A stretch of 64,000 nucleotides of DNA from positions 3,867-67,866 of the forward strand of contig JAJRUT010000077.1 in NCBI GenBank assembly GCA_024277655.1, read 5' to 3'. Both the position numbers and the translations under genes were made by a program. Under the pieces are notes generated by a model. The model was not told the DNA's origin. It saw only the letters and a list, made by a program, of their open reading frames with translations, and did no database searches. Below, piece after piece: positions 1 through 10,084 of this stretch; the first letter of the stretch is position 1, and the number at the start of each line of letters is the position of its first letter. Source of the stretch: Deltaproteobacteria bacterium. Lineage in GTDB: Bacteria > Desulfobacterota > Desulfobulbia > Desulfobulbales > SURF-16.

Positions 1-271
1 GGCCTGAGCTGTAACCGCTAACCACATCTGGCTGGCAATAATCCAGTGCCTCAAGTGCCATGGCAAGGCTAAGGTGAAATACACCGAGCTGGGCTGACTT
101 GTCCGAGTCGATGCTGGACTGCTGAAAATGACGGAGCGCTGGTGTTTCCGGCGAGGCGAATTTATCATAGGTGGCTGCGATGGATGTACTAAAAAAACCG
201 CTCAGGGGTGTTTCTGGTACTGCCCCCTGACCGGGGAAGAGAAAAGCTATGTTTGTATTGGTTTTGGCCAT
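1..271 (-). CDS. FabD-like acyltransferase (malonyl-CoA:ACP transacylase family), N-terminal 90 codons only; the gene runs off the window
   Basis: Not in the ORF track because it is truncated. Hand translation from ATG at 271: MAKTNTNIAFLFPGQGAV...LAMALEALDYCQPDVVSGYSSG. It has the FLFPGQG motif. The position of the FabD GHSxG nucleophile elbow reads GYSSG. Confidence 0.6.
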   Translation of the reverse strand, partial: MAKTNTNIAFLFPGQGAVPETPLSGFFSTSIAATYDKFASPETPALRHFQQSSIDSDKSAQLGVFHLSLAMALEALDYCQPDVVSGYSSG

Positions 272-385
272 GATATTTTAGATAAAGAGTAGTGCTAACA
301 ACGATGTATAGAAGCTAAAGGAGGTAAAGAAAATAGAGAATGATAATGACAGTATCTTCTGTTATATTTTTTCCCAGCGGTGTCC

Positions 386-564
386 GGATTTTTATGCCCC
401 TTTATTCCACTTGGACTCCACAGCCCTTGGTTTTTAAATATTTTTGTCTCCCATTTTTACCATGCGACTCCCATCGCAAAGACAGATAAAAATGGGAGAC
501 AAAAATATTAAGAAAATACTACGGGATGTACAGAATTACGATCCATAAAGGGGCATAAAAATCC
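386..564. repeat. Nested perfect inverted repeats in a 400-bp intergenic gap
   Basis: Outer arms GGATTTTTATGCCCCTTTAT (386-405) / ATAAAGGGGCATAAAAATCC (545-564). Inner arms AATATTTTTGTCTCCCATTTTTA (437-459) / TAAAAATGGGAGACAAAAATATT (487-509). No ORF inside. Confidence 0.85.
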
Positions 565-672
565 TCGGGCACGTTTCAAGCAGGACATCACTGATTCTTT
601 TATCCTATTTTTTCAGGCGAAGCGATAATGTCTAAGTCAGACAGGTTATAAGGGCGGGAAGAGTTATAACTC

Positions 673-2136
673 TCATCTTTGCCAGTATTCCTTTTTAAGT
701 ATGATTTCCGCCGGTACCTCTTGAAAATTATCCTGGATCCAGACCATGTTCCGGGCCTCGTAATAGGCGTAGCGCATAATTAGTTTATAGGCCATGCGGA
801 TAAACTGGTTGGTGGAAAAGAACATCTTCCAGAAGATTATTGGCCTGGTGTAGTATTTCCTAAGATATTTCTTTTGCAGGGCAAGGATCTCCTCCCCGTT
901 ATAGGCGTTGTTTTTAATCACCGGATTCATAAAATCGTACTTTGCAAAATCCCGCTCCTCGATGCGGTTTTCTTCCTCGCAATGTTTATAATAACGGGTG
1001 CCGGGCAGGGGTGTGGTGAGGGTCATCACCAGAAAATCGCCAAGTTCTGTGGCAAAATCAAAGATGGCGGCCAAGGTCTCCTCGGTGTCATCCACGTCAC
1101 CGAACATGACATTGGTCATCACCATGATACCGTGGGATTTAAGGATTTCCGCCGCCTCCCTGATCTGTTCAGCCGATTGATTCTTGGTGTAGTTTTTAAG
1201 GGCTGCAGGCGAAATGGACTCCACTCCAAGCATCACCTCGTAGAGGCCAAGTTTGCGAAATTCTTTTAGTAAATCCTTGTCGCGCAGGATGTCCTTAATC
1301 CGCGATTGAAACCAGAAATCACATTTTAGTCCTGAGTTGCCCAGAGATTCAAGAAAATCCTCGTTGCGTCTGCGGGTCTGGTTAAAGGAGTTTTCATTGA
1401 AGACAAAGAGGGATTTGCCGTATTTTGCCTGGAGCATCTCCATCTCTTTGACCACAAGATGTCCCGAGCGCCCGCGCCATTTGGCGTTCCATAGCTGTGA
1501 TTCCGAGCAGTAGGAGCAATGATCGCCACAACCGCGACTGGTGGAAATGCCGGTCATCCGGGTGCCCATCCCATGTAGATAATAGGTGGGGTTCATGATA
1601 TCCAGCAGGTGATAGCCCGGCATGGGCAGACTGTCGAGATCGGCAATCTGGGGTCTTGATTGGGTAAATTTTATTTCACCAGCCTTTTTATAGGCGATGC
1701 CTTTAATGGTGCAGTCGCTGTTCTTTTCAGGGAGATTGTTGAGTAACTCTGTAAAGGTAAGCTCTCCTTCGCCAAGGACGATAAAGTCAACCTCAGGGGC
1801 CTGAGCGAACATTACCTCATAGTTCAGGGTGAAATGACCACCGCCACCGATGATAATTGCGTCCGGTAAACAGCGGCGCACCTGGCGCACGGCGTGGATG
1901 GCGTCTTTGTGGAAGGTTGCGGCCTGGCAGGTCACGCCAACCACATCGTATTTTCCGGCCTTTAGTTTTTGCTCAAGATCAGACCAGGGCTGTTTAAGGG
2001 TGGTGGAATCCAACACCTCAACAGCAAAACCTTCCCGTTCAAGGTAGGCGCCAAGAGCCATAAGGCCGGGGGATGGCATCCACATTCTGAGGGCGGCAAA
2101 AATCTGGTGGGGTGGGTCAAGTAGGAGTATTTTCAC
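673..2136 (-). CDS. B12-binding domain radical SAM protein (class B rSAM), about 490-510 aa type
   Basis: CX3CX2C motif in RGCGDHCSYCSE. N-terminal Rossmann-like B12 region (VVGVTC...IIIGGGGH). Paralog of 40909-42447. The longest ORF reaches 2205, but a GTG at 2136 (VKILLLDPPH) matches the short N-termini of the paralogs and cuts the overlap with the upstream gene to 20 nt. Confidence 0.85.
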   Translation of the reverse strand: MKILLLDPPHQIFAALRMWMPSPGLMALGAYLEREGFAVEVLDSTTLKQPWSDLEQKLKAGKYDVVGVTCQAATFHKDAIHAVRQVRRCLPDAIIIGGGGHFTLNYEVMFAQAPEVDFIVLGEGELTFTELLNNLPEKNSDCTIKGIAYKKAGEIKFTQSRPQIADLDSLPMPGYHLLDIMNPTYYLHGMGTRMTGISTSRGCGDHCSYCSESQLWNAKWRGRSGHLVVKEMEMLQAKYGKSLFVFNENSFNQTRRRNEDFLESLGNSGLKCDFWFQSRIKDILRDKDLLKEFRKLGLYEVMLGVESISPAALKNYTKNQSAEQIREAAEILKSHGIMVMTNVMFGDVDDTEETLAAIFDFATELGDFLVMTLTTPLPGTRYYKHCEEENRIEERDFAKYDFMNPVIKNNAYNGEEILALQKKYLRKYYTRPIIFWKMFFSTNQFIRMAYKLIMRYAYYEARNMVWIQDNFQEVPAEIILKKEYWQR

Positions 2137-3028
2137 TGCTGTAGGTGCTCCAATAGTCAAAGAATTGATACCATTGATCAGGGTGTTTGCGGATATTCTT
2201 TTCAAACACCGAGGCCAGTTCCTGGGTCTTTTGGGCGATTAGTTCATCGTTACTGATGCCTGGTTGCCTGGTAACCATAATGGGTTTTTCCATCCAGGCC
2301 TGATATTTATTATCCGGACGCAGGGTTATAAACACCGGGATAATCGGCGCTCCGGTGGCCTGGGCCAGGACAAAGGCGCCGGATGGGAAGTAGACCTTGC
2401 GACCAAAAAAAACAACCTCACTCTTCTTGCCACCCACGAGCCTGTCACCGAGCATGGCGATCACCTGATTATCCCTTAGCAAACGGGCCATCTTTAAAAT
2501 CGTGCCGTGGTCATTTGGGTCAACATGGATGGTCTTGATGCCAAGTGAGCCCCGAACCTCATCCCGGTAGTCCTGCACCATATCTTCATCGTCTTTTAGG
2601 GTGAGGGCGTGGATCGGGCAACCGCGCAGGGCAAAGGTGACACCGCCAAGCTCCCAGTTGCCGAGGTGGGGGGTGATGAGAATTGCGCCATTGCCGTCTG
2701 CTAATGCCTTTTCTATGTACTCTGTGCCGATTTCACTCGCCACTGTTTCCTTATAATTTTCTTTGCTGAGATCATGGATCAGGACATAATCCCGCAGATA
2801 CAAGCCGTAGTTACGAAAGAGCTGAATCACCGTCTCTTTGACCTGGGGATCATCCTCGGCTAGTCCCATGACCTGGGCCGTATTGGTGTGCAGTACCCTC
2901 TGTTTTGAACCCCATAAATAGTAAAGACAGACACTTACCACCTTATTCTGTACAAGCTGCCACCAGCGCGGGGCCGTTTTGGCAAAGATATAGGTGAGGA
3001 GGAGGTATGGTTTTTTGGGGAAGAGCAT
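2117..3028 (-). CDS. Lysophospholipid / lipid A-type acyltransferase (LpxL/HtrB family)
   Basis: 303 aa. PHLGNWELGG matches the HX4(D/E) acyltransferase motif of the LpxL family. The size is typical. Confidence 0.7.
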   Translation of the reverse strand: MLFPKKPYLLLTYIFAKTAPRWWQLVQNKVVSVCLYYLWGSKQRVLHTNTAQVMGLAEDDPQVKETVIQLFRNYGLYLRDYVLIHDLSKENYKETVASEIGTEYIEKALADGNGAILITPHLGNWELGGVTFALRGCPIHALTLKDDEDMVQDYRDEVRGSLGIKTIHVDPNDHGTILKMARLLRDNQVIAMLGDRLVGGKKSEVVFFGRKVYFPSGAFVLAQATGAPIIPVFITLRPDNKYQAWMEKPIMVTRQPGISNDELIAQKTQELASVFEKNIRKHPDQWYQFFDYWSTYSSENTPT

Positions 3029-3118
3029 AAATTAGGCTTAAGGCTAAAGGTTGGAAGGGTTAAGGGGGTAGGGCTAAGGGTGCTACGTCATCTATCTGCT
3101 ACATTGGGCTGCGACCGC

Positions 3119-4597
3119 CTACTGAGCCTTTTTAGAAATCGTATTGGCGGCAAAACTGCCCGATAGTCCAGCCCCGACGATGCCGTGGGCGGGGCGGGTA
3201 TAATGGCCGATCCACAGCAGGTTTTTGAGCCTTGTCTGGGTAGGGGGCCTGCGGGGGCCGACCTGGTTCATGGCGGCATCAAGCCCGTACATGGCCCCTT
3301 CAATATTACCGGTGCGAAGGTGCAGGGTATGCGGGGTGGCGTATGTGTCTAAAACAACATTACTACCAAGGTTTAGGTCTGTTTTATCTAGAATGACCTT
3401 AAATACTTTTTGCTGAAGTCTTTTGATGTTTTCAGGGCTACCCTGGTCTTTGAATTTGTCAAGATGGGGGGCATGCACCAGAATTTTCAAACTGTGAAAA
3501 CCCTTGGGGGCCAGGCTTTGGTCGAGTAGGGATGGGGTGGTAATAACCAGATGCAGCCCCGCGTCCATATTGCCCTGTTCGATGGCCTGGCATTCCTGCT
3601 CAGGATTCTTGCCGGTGTGGAGCGAGACAAAATAGGGCCAGTCTTTGGGGAGGGCTGATTCTTTGATGCCGAGATAAAATAGCACGGCTGAGGGCGACAC
3701 GGTGTACTGATCCAGGTCAAACATTTTGGTGTAGAGTTTGGTGGAACCGGTCAGTAGCTCTTGGCCAATATATGGGTTCATGGCGCCAATATACCAGTCT
3801 GCCCGATGGGTATGCCCATCGCTTGTGACCACACCCTGCACCTGTTGCCCATCTGTTTTGATCTCCTGAATAGTACTGTTTTTAATGGTGATGCCACCGT
3901 TATCTGTAATGGCTTGGGTCAAAATGTCGGTGAGTTGTACCATACCACCCTTGGGGTAAAATACGCCATCCTTCAAGACCTTGGCCCAGAGTACGGCTAC
4001 AAAAATATAGGAGAGCTTTGAGGGGGGCAGGGTGCTTGGGAGAGCCGACAGGCCATGGTAAATCTCGTCGTTATCGCCGAAAAAATGGTGGAGGATCGCG
4101 CCGTGGGAGTGGCGGGCACATTTAAACAGGGTACGGTACAGGATGGGGAGTAGGAACTTTTTCCAGATGGGCGCCCGTTCAAAGGCCAGAAATTCCTGGC
4201 CTAACCGGGCGGTGAGTTTGGCGTATTCCTCCAGGGACACCGCATGTTGGGGGAACTCTTTTTTGAGGGTTTCAACGTAGGCCAGCGGGTTTTTATAATA
4301 GAGATTTAGTTCATAGGTCGGATAGATATTACGGATGGCGGGAATCTGGATAAAATCAAGTTTTTCTGCAAGGCCAATCTCCTGAAATATCTCGAAAAAC
4401 TCACTGCCAGGCAGGCAGGCCGCAAGGAACGAGCCGGTGGCATCAAAATAGAAGTCGTCACGCCTAAAGCCACTGACATAGCCCCCGGTTTTCTCCTGTT
4501 TTTCGAGGAGCGTCACCCGAAATCCCCGTTTGGCAAGGAGCGCCCCGGCAGAAAGTCCTGCCATGCCGCCCCCCATAATCAGTACCGATTCAGTCAT
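3119..4597 (-). CDS. FAD-dependent oxidoreductase, phytoene desaturase (CrtI)/amine oxidase-like
   Basis: N-terminal dinucleotide fold IMGGGMAGLSAGALLAKRGFRVTLLEKQEKTGG. About 490 aa. C-terminal GHYTRPAHGIVGA. Paralog of 39428-40903. Confidence 0.75.
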   Translation of the reverse strand: MTESVLIMGGGMAGLSAGALLAKRGFRVTLLEKQEKTGGYVSGFRRDDFYFDATGSFLAACLPGSEFFEIFQEIGLAEKLDFIQIPAIRNIYPTYELNLYYKNPLAYVETLKKEFPQHAVSLEEYAKLTARLGQEFLAFERAPIWKKFLLPILYRTLFKCARHSHGAILHHFFGDNDEIYHGLSALPSTLPPSKLSYIFVAVLWAKVLKDGVFYPKGGMVQLTDILTQAITDNGGITIKNSTIQEIKTDGQQVQGVVTSDGHTHRADWYIGAMNPYIGQELLTGSTKLYTKMFDLDQYTVSPSAVLFYLGIKESALPKDWPYFVSLHTGKNPEQECQAIEQGNMDAGLHLVITTPSLLDQSLAPKGFHSLKILVHAPHLDKFKDQGSPENIKRLQQKVFKVILDKTDLNLGSNVVLDTYATPHTLHLRTGNIEGAMYGLDAAMNQVGPRRPPTQTRLKNLLWIGHYTRPAHGIVGAGLSGSFAANTISKKAQ

Positions 4598-6995
4598 CCT
4601 GGTGTTCCCTTAGGGACAGGAGGGCGGGGAGGGATACGGCTGAAAAGAAGAAGCAGGAGGAGACGCCGATGATGGTGAGCATCCCCATATCAGCCAGGAC
4701 ATGATACTTAGCTAGTGCCAGTGAGCCAAAGCCGAGGCAGGTGGTGAGTGAGGTAAGGAGGATGGAGCGTCCGGTGGAGGTAATGGTTGTTTTGATGCAC
4801 CTGCTCTCCCGGTAGCGATCCATAATATGGATACCATCATCAAGACCAATACCGATTAAAATGGGCAGAATAATAAAGTTGATAAGGTTAAAACTGATCC
4901 CCAGCCAGCCCATAAGACCGGTGGTGACGATCACGCCAAGTATCATTGGTACAAGGGCAAGAAAAGAGGTTTTCAGACTTTTGAAAAAGACGAGAAGAAT
5001 GGTCACCACAATGACAAAGGCCAGACCAACCGTTTGCACCATATTACCTTTTGCTGTCTCCATAAGGGACGATAAGGCCATATCGAGGGTCACCACCATG
5101 ATGTCCTGATCCTGCCAGAGTTTTTGCAGACTAGCTATCACCTCTGGCGATCTGCCATTTACCCAGGTGATGCCTATAATCTTGCCGTTTTCTTCAATAA
5201 AGAAGCGTTGATGGAGTTTTGCACTGGAAAGGGTTGTGGAGGGAGTTCTAGCCCGATGGCTGATTAGTGTTGTTAATGATGGGAAGGACTCGGTCGTAAG
5301 CTTGTATTTAGCAAGGGCAGAGGCCAGATTTTTCTGGCCTGTCTCGCTGATCGTAAAGGCTGTGGGGGAGGTCACTGTGGTGAGGGAGGCAAAACTTGCG
5401 ATATTATCGCCAAGTCCTGCAAGATCCGCATCAATCCGGGCTGATTTTTGCCAGAACTCTTCCTTTGTCGAGGCCTCAAAGCTAACGAAGATACCGGTAA
5501 TACCCTTTGAAAAATGATTAAAAATAGCAGAGCGTACGGCAAGGGCCTCAAGGCCTTCCGGGTGGAGGGCCTCAAGTGATCGTTCAAAATGGATATTTTT
5601 TAGGCCAGGGGTGGCAAGAAGGAGGATGATTCCGGATAGGATAAGGAGTTTCTTTGGGTGCTGATCAACAAAATCTGCCAGTAATCCCGTGCCGAGGAGG
5701 GAAAAACCTTGGTGTTTCTTGCCGGGATTACGTCTGTCGAGCCAGTTTAGCCAGGCTGGCAGGGCCAGGAGGATGGCCAGCAGGGAGAAGAACAGGCCAA
5801 GGGCCACCAGCCAGCCAATCTGTTGGAGAACCGGGGTGCCGGTGAAGGTCAGGACGATAAAGGCGGTGAGACTGGTGAGTCCACCTGCAAAAACGGCAGA
5901 TCCGGTACGAAATATTGCCCGGTGGGTGGCCTCTTCAGCGCTTGCGCCAAGGGCGCGTTCGGAGCCGTAGCGATCATATACATGGATGGCAAAATCAACC
6001 CCAAGGCCAAGCACCACCGCTGAAAAGGCCACTGAGATAATATGTACCTGACCGAAAAGAACAGCCATCACCCCAAGGGCCAATTGCAACCCCACGGCAA
6101 GGGGCAGGATAATAAACACAAGCACTGAAAAACGTCTGTAGGCCAAGAGAAAGAGCAGGCTGATACCGAGTATGGAGCCGATCATACAGGTGATGATATC
6201 CCCCTTCATCACCTGTTCTTCCTGGGCGGCAATAACGTAGCCGCCGGTAATGCCGATTTTAAGATCGGCAAAGTCGTGGAAAACCGTGTGGCAGGCAACA
6301 ACAAGTTCCTTGGCGTGTTTCTGTGGGTTGTCGGACGTTGCCGGTGTGCCGATGACAATGATTGCCTCACCATCGGCCGCCATCATCTCCGGACGCGTGG
6401 CAAAGTCCATCGAGCCTTGCATGGATCTTAGTTTGGCAATGAGAAAACGGCGCAGATTAAGTGGGTCTTTGACCACCATCGCCGCAAGATCGCCACTTCC
6501 TGGGGTGGCAAGGAGCGCCAGTGAACGGCGGATCTCCCGGTCAAGATCCTTTGGGGAATTAAAAAAACGGGAAAGTTCGGCATGGTCTGCACCATTTAAA
6601 AATAGGCCAGGGTCAGCAAGGTACTTATCGAGCAGATGACTGAATTCCGCTGAACTTACCGCCTCGGCCTGGAGCATGGTGAGCCGTTTAAAGGCAGGCC
6701 CATCACCTGTTTGTATATGTTTAAGCCGGGTAATAAGCTCTGTGGTCTGGTTGATCAGCCCCTCTTCATCACCCCCTGCACCCTCCACCAGAATATACAC
6801 CTTCTCCTGCCCGTCTGAAGAGGTGACCGAGTGGGATAGGAGCTTAAAGGCGCGATTATCCTGGGGTAAAAGGCCAAGAATATTCTGCTCAAATTTTAAG
6901 AGACCGGTGATAAGTACAGCCAAAAGGAGAACTGCACAAAATCCGAGCAGAACACGTCCCGGATGCCGGGTAAGAAGTTTGGTGGCTTTATTCAT
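4590..6995 (-). CDS. MMPL/RND-superfamily membrane exporter
   Basis: 801 aa with two blocks of multiple hydrophobic helices separated by large soluble loops. This architecture matches the predicted exporters of aryl-polyene-type clusters. 8-nt overlap with the downstream gene. Confidence 0.65.
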   Translation of the reverse strand: MNKATKLLTRHPGRVLLGFCAVLLLAVLITGLLKFEQNILGLLPQDNRAFKLLSHSVTSSDGQEKVYILVEGAGGDEEGLINQTTELITRLKHIQTGDGPAFKRLTMLQAEAVSSAEFSHLLDKYLADPGLFLNGADHAELSRFFNSPKDLDREIRRSLALLATPGSGDLAAMVVKDPLNLRRFLIAKLRSMQGSMDFATRPEMMAADGEAIIVIGTPATSDNPQKHAKELVVACHTVFHDFADLKIGITGGYVIAAQEEQVMKGDIITCMIGSILGISLLFLLAYRRFSVLVFIILPLAVGLQLALGVMAVLFGQVHIISVAFSAVVLGLGVDFAIHVYDRYGSERALGASAEEATHRAIFRTGSAVFAGGLTSLTAFIVLTFTGTPVLQQIGWLVALGLFFSLLAILLALPAWLNWLDRRNPGKKHQGFSLLGTGLLADFVDQHPKKLLILSGIILLLATPGLKNIHFERSLEALHPEGLEALAVRSAIFNHFSKGITGIFVSFEASTKEEFWQKSARIDADLAGLGDNIASFASLTTVTSPTAFTISETGQKNLASALAKYKLTTESFPSLTTLISHRARTPSTTLSSAKLHQRFFIEENGKIIGITWVNGRSPEVIASLQKLWQDQDIMVVTLDMALSSLMETAKGNMVQTVGLAFVIVVTILLVFFKSLKTSFLALVPMILGVIVTTGLMGWLGISFNLINFIILPILIGIGLDDGIHIMDRYRESRCIKTTITSTGRSILLTSLTTCLGFGSLALAKYHVLADMGMLTIIGVSSCFFFSAVSLPALLSLREHQDD

Positions 6996-7112
6996 AGGTG
7001 GGATAAATTATTATGCCAACACGTTTGATGTGTTCGCGCAAAGCTGTTGAGGTGATGGTATTAAAATCAACAAGATCAAATGAGTCTGGTCTATTTGGCC
7101 AAGCCTTGTTGG

Positions 7113-8699
7113 TTAATAGGGCCTCTGGTAATTTTTAGGCTTTAATTTAAGTAATGTCGAGGCGACTTTGCACAGCAACCGCCCCTGCCAAGGTTTACCA
7201 TATTTTTTGGGATTCGGATGGAGAAAGCATAACCGTTTGCATTTGATCTTCTGCATCCGCTCCGCAAAATCCTCGTAGGGCCTGGACATATCCAGGGGTT
7301 TTTTGAAAAAATCGGTGAGATAATAGCCAAAGGAGGTGTAGGTGGAGTTGCCGTACTCGCCGTGGGCATGATAAAAATCGCTGAAGGTCTTGCGGTCGGT
7401 GACGATGCCGTAATGATCCGGGTCAATCTGCCAGGGGGCACCCGGTTCCATTTCGATGGAAAGCGTGCGCAGTCCGCGGATATGTTTAAAACGAGCCATC
7501 AGGGTTTTACGCAGTTTAAAGGTGTCCTCCATGATCTTTTCATTTTCACCAGGCAATCCATAGGTGAAGAAGATCTCGGTTGATATCCCCCGGGAGTCCA
7601 GCTTCTCCATGGTTTCAAGGAAACGTTTGGTGGTAAAACCCGGTCCCTTATGGCGCAGGCGCAACTCCTCATTACCCACCTCAGGCGACATGGCAATGAT
7701 GGAATCTTTACCAGGAAAGGTCTTTTGAAATTCGTCAATAAATTCATCTGTTGGCAAGCCGTTGGCCTCAAACATCCAGTTAACCTTGATACCCTCGGCC
7801 CGAATCTTCTGCCATAACTCGATAAAATATTCCTGGGTGACAGGTTCCGGGTCGGTGGCGGTGTGCATGGTCTTATAACCTGCAGCGATGCCATCCTTTA
7901 CCGTTTTGATAACGGCCTCGTGGGAGCGGTAGATAAACCCCACCCGTGTTGAGATATGCCGCTGCTGGGGGATATGGGAACCACCACACCAGGTACAGTT
8001 AAAGGGGCATCCCCGGCCAATGGCAACCGGCAGAAGGGGCGAGCGGATGGTAAATTGTTTGAAGTTCTGTTCCTTGCTGAACCCTTTGGCGTAGAAAAAC
8101 GGCAGACCAATATACTGGATATAGGTGTCCCGGTGCCTTAAGAGCTTAAAGTTTGTGTAATTTAACTCTGAGACCAGTTTTTCATCACCCACATAGGTAT
8201 GTTCATTAATTTTAACGCCGTTATCGCGATAGGTGAGATTTTGGACCGACTTTAGCGAGGTGCCATCTTTAAAGGCAGTTAACAACTCCAGGGTCGGGAT
8301 CTCACCATCGCCGCGGATGACCCCATCAATCATGGGGTATTGGTCAATGATCTGCTCATGGAAGAATGAGGCGGTGAAACCACCGAGAAAGATAAAAATA
8401 TCAGGGCGCAGTTCTTTAATTTTGCGCGCACATTCAATTACATCATAGGCTTGGTAATGCCAGTGTATCGGCATACCGATGGCCTTGATCTCAGTGTCTT
8501 TGAGGACTTCGTCGATCTTAAAAAGTCGATTCTCCACCCACTCCACCCCCACATGGATGATCTCCGTCTCAAACCCATGCTGCTTAATATAATCAGCAAT
8601 GGCAAACAACCCCTGGGGCATATAGTTGATCCAGATAAAATCGCCGATTGGTTTGTAGGAGTTATTGAATTTTGGGACGTGGAGGAAGAGGGTTTTCAT
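7113..8699 (-). CDS. B12-binding domain radical SAM protein (528 aa, distinct subtype)
   Basis: RGCPFNCTWCGG (CX3CX2C). N-terminal MKTLFLHVPKF...IFLGGFTASFF B12-like region. Confidence 0.8.
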   Translation of the reverse strand: MKTLFLHVPKFNNSYKPIGDFIWINYMPQGLFAIADYIKQHGFETEIIHVGVEWVENRLFKIDEVLKDTEIKAIGMPIHWHYQAYDVIECARKIKELRPDIFIFLGGFTASFFHEQIIDQYPMIDGVIRGDGEIPTLELLTAFKDGTSLKSVQNLTYRDNGVKINEHTYVGDEKLVSELNYTNFKLLRHRDTYIQYIGLPFFYAKGFSKEQNFKQFTIRSPLLPVAIGRGCPFNCTWCGGSHIPQQRHISTRVGFIYRSHEAVIKTVKDGIAAGYKTMHTATDPEPVTQEYFIELWQKIRAEGIKVNWMFEANGLPTDEFIDEFQKTFPGKDSIIAMSPEVGNEELRLRHKGPGFTTKRFLETMEKLDSRGISTEIFFTYGLPGENEKIMEDTFKLRKTLMARFKHIRGLRTLSIEMEPGAPWQIDPDHYGIVTDRKTFSDFYHAHGEYGNSTYTSFGYYLTDFFKKPLDMSRPYEDFAERMQKIKCKRLCFLHPNPKKYGKPWQGRLLCKVASTLLKLKPKNYQRPY

Positions 8700-8771
8700 G
8701 TGGTTAGTTTATGCCCGTAATGGAAGCAATGGTTGTGAAGGGTCCCAAGGCTATGATTTGTATTTATATTT

Positions 8772-8804
8772 TTGAACGTCCAACATCCAACATCGAACGT
8801 TCAA
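8772..8804. repeat. Heptamer-periodic GAACGTC/CAACATC element with palindromic ends
   Basis: TTGAACGT-CCAACATCCAACATCGA-ACGTTCAA. The 8-bp ends are complementary. Related arrays lie at 10901-10932 and 14005-14040. Confidence 0.7.
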
Positions 8805-8879
8805 TTTTGAATAATGATTTTTTGTCTTTTACAGACAAGCGAAGCGCTTCTTCTTCATTATTATTATTCAACGTTCTTT

Positions 8880-10049
8880 CTACTTTCCAAAAATATCGCC
8901 ATCGGTAATTACCTTGGCAAAGGCACTGAGTTTATCAGCCTGGGTCATGGCGATATCTTTGTGGTGGGTGCCGATTTTCTCGAAGAATTTCTGGCAATAT
9001 CCACAATCATCGCAGGATACCCGCCGACAATCATGGGTTTTAAAGAATTCCAGGAAACCAGCAAGTTTTTTATTGGGGATATCAATGGCGTCATGAAACG
9101 AAAAATCCATAATACCTGCCACCGCCTGTACCTGTTGCATATCCACCATGTCGGGTTTATTGAAGTAGGCCATATTGGGAGGCAGGTAAGAGCCTTTGTT
9201 GGGCAGGGTCAACAGGTCAATAAGGTTGCCATCAAAACTGCGCTCGGCATAGGCCTGCACTGCCATGGTCAGGGCATCGGAGGTCTTGAATCTCTCAACA
9301 ACCTTGAAGCGGCTGATGCCGATCTCCTCATAATGATGGAGATCCTCTGGGCGAATCCAGCGCGCTTTCATGATATTGACCGGATCGCTGAGCTTTTGGC
9401 CGGAACAGATGATATAGGGCAGTTGCAGGTAACAATAATTATTATGGGACTGGGTCTGGGAGGCATGCCCATCGTGGTTTACATGCTCAAACTGCTGGGC
9501 GCATTCCCACAAACAGCAGGGGTTGCCAATCACCTCGATGGGGATGTTCACCGATTTGTTGATTGCCTCAAGGGTCTGGAAGTCACGGTTAAGCATCTCA
9601 TCTATAATGAGTTCATCCACCCCCATATCTTCATACTGTTTGGCCCTGGTTACGGTGTTGATCCGGCTGACCGATGAAACCTTGACGTAAAAATGGGGGT
9701 AATGTTCCTTGACCAGACGGATGAGGTAGGGAATGGCGATGGTCAGTGCGTCCACCTTGATCTCGGTGAGCCAGTCGAGGAGTTCGCGGATCTGTCCGTA
9801 CCCCTCCTTGGTGTACTGGGTGTTATCGAGGCACAGGGTATTTAGGAGATATGAGAATTTGATTCCCACCGCATGACAGTCAGCCACATGGGTGGCGATA
9901 TCCTCACGATTTACCTGGGGCAGAAGGAACGAGGGTCTGCAGCCGCCAATGACATCATCTGGAAGTTTACCGTACACATGGCTAACGGGATATTTACTTA
10001 GGGCTTCAGGGAGTTTTGGATCCCAGTTTGTTGATACGCGGATTTCCAT
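8880..10049 (-). CDS. Peptidase U32 family-like protein (UbiU/RlhA-type fold suspected)
   Basis: 389 aa. The pattern AVGIKFSYLLNT...VDALTIAIPYLIRLV...VKVSS...IEVIGNPCCLWEC resembles the U32 TIM-barrel core and its Cys region. There is an extra C-terminal CDDCGYC. Motif-level call only. Confidence 0.4.
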   Translation of the reverse strand: MEIRVSTNWDPKLPEALSKYPVSHVYGKLPDDVIGGCRPSFLLPQVNREDIATHVADCHAVGIKFSYLLNTLCLDNTQYTKEGYGQIRELLDWLTEIKVDALTIAIPYLIRLVKEHYPHFYVKVSSVSRINTVTRAKQYEDMGVDELIIDEMLNRDFQTLEAINKSVNIPIEVIGNPCCLWECAQQFEHVNHDGHASQTQSHNNYCYLQLPYIICSGQKLSDPVNIMKARWIRPEDLHHYEEIGISRFKVVERFKTSDALTMAVQAYAERSFDGNLIDLLTLPNKGSYLPPNMAYFNKPDMVDMQQVQAVAGIMDFSFHDAIDIPNKKLAGFLEFFKTHDCRRVSCDDCGYCQKFFEKIGTHHKDIAMTQADKLSAFAKVITDGDIFGK

Positions 10050-10084
10050 ATTTTTTCTTATGTTTTGTTTTTATCTATTTGTAA

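Noticed and set aside
8814-9677. 287-aa ORF on the plus strand
   Set aside because: It is entirely antisense to the well-formed U32-like gene (8880-10049). Its translation is low-complexity with no recognisable motifs, so it is a shadow ORF.
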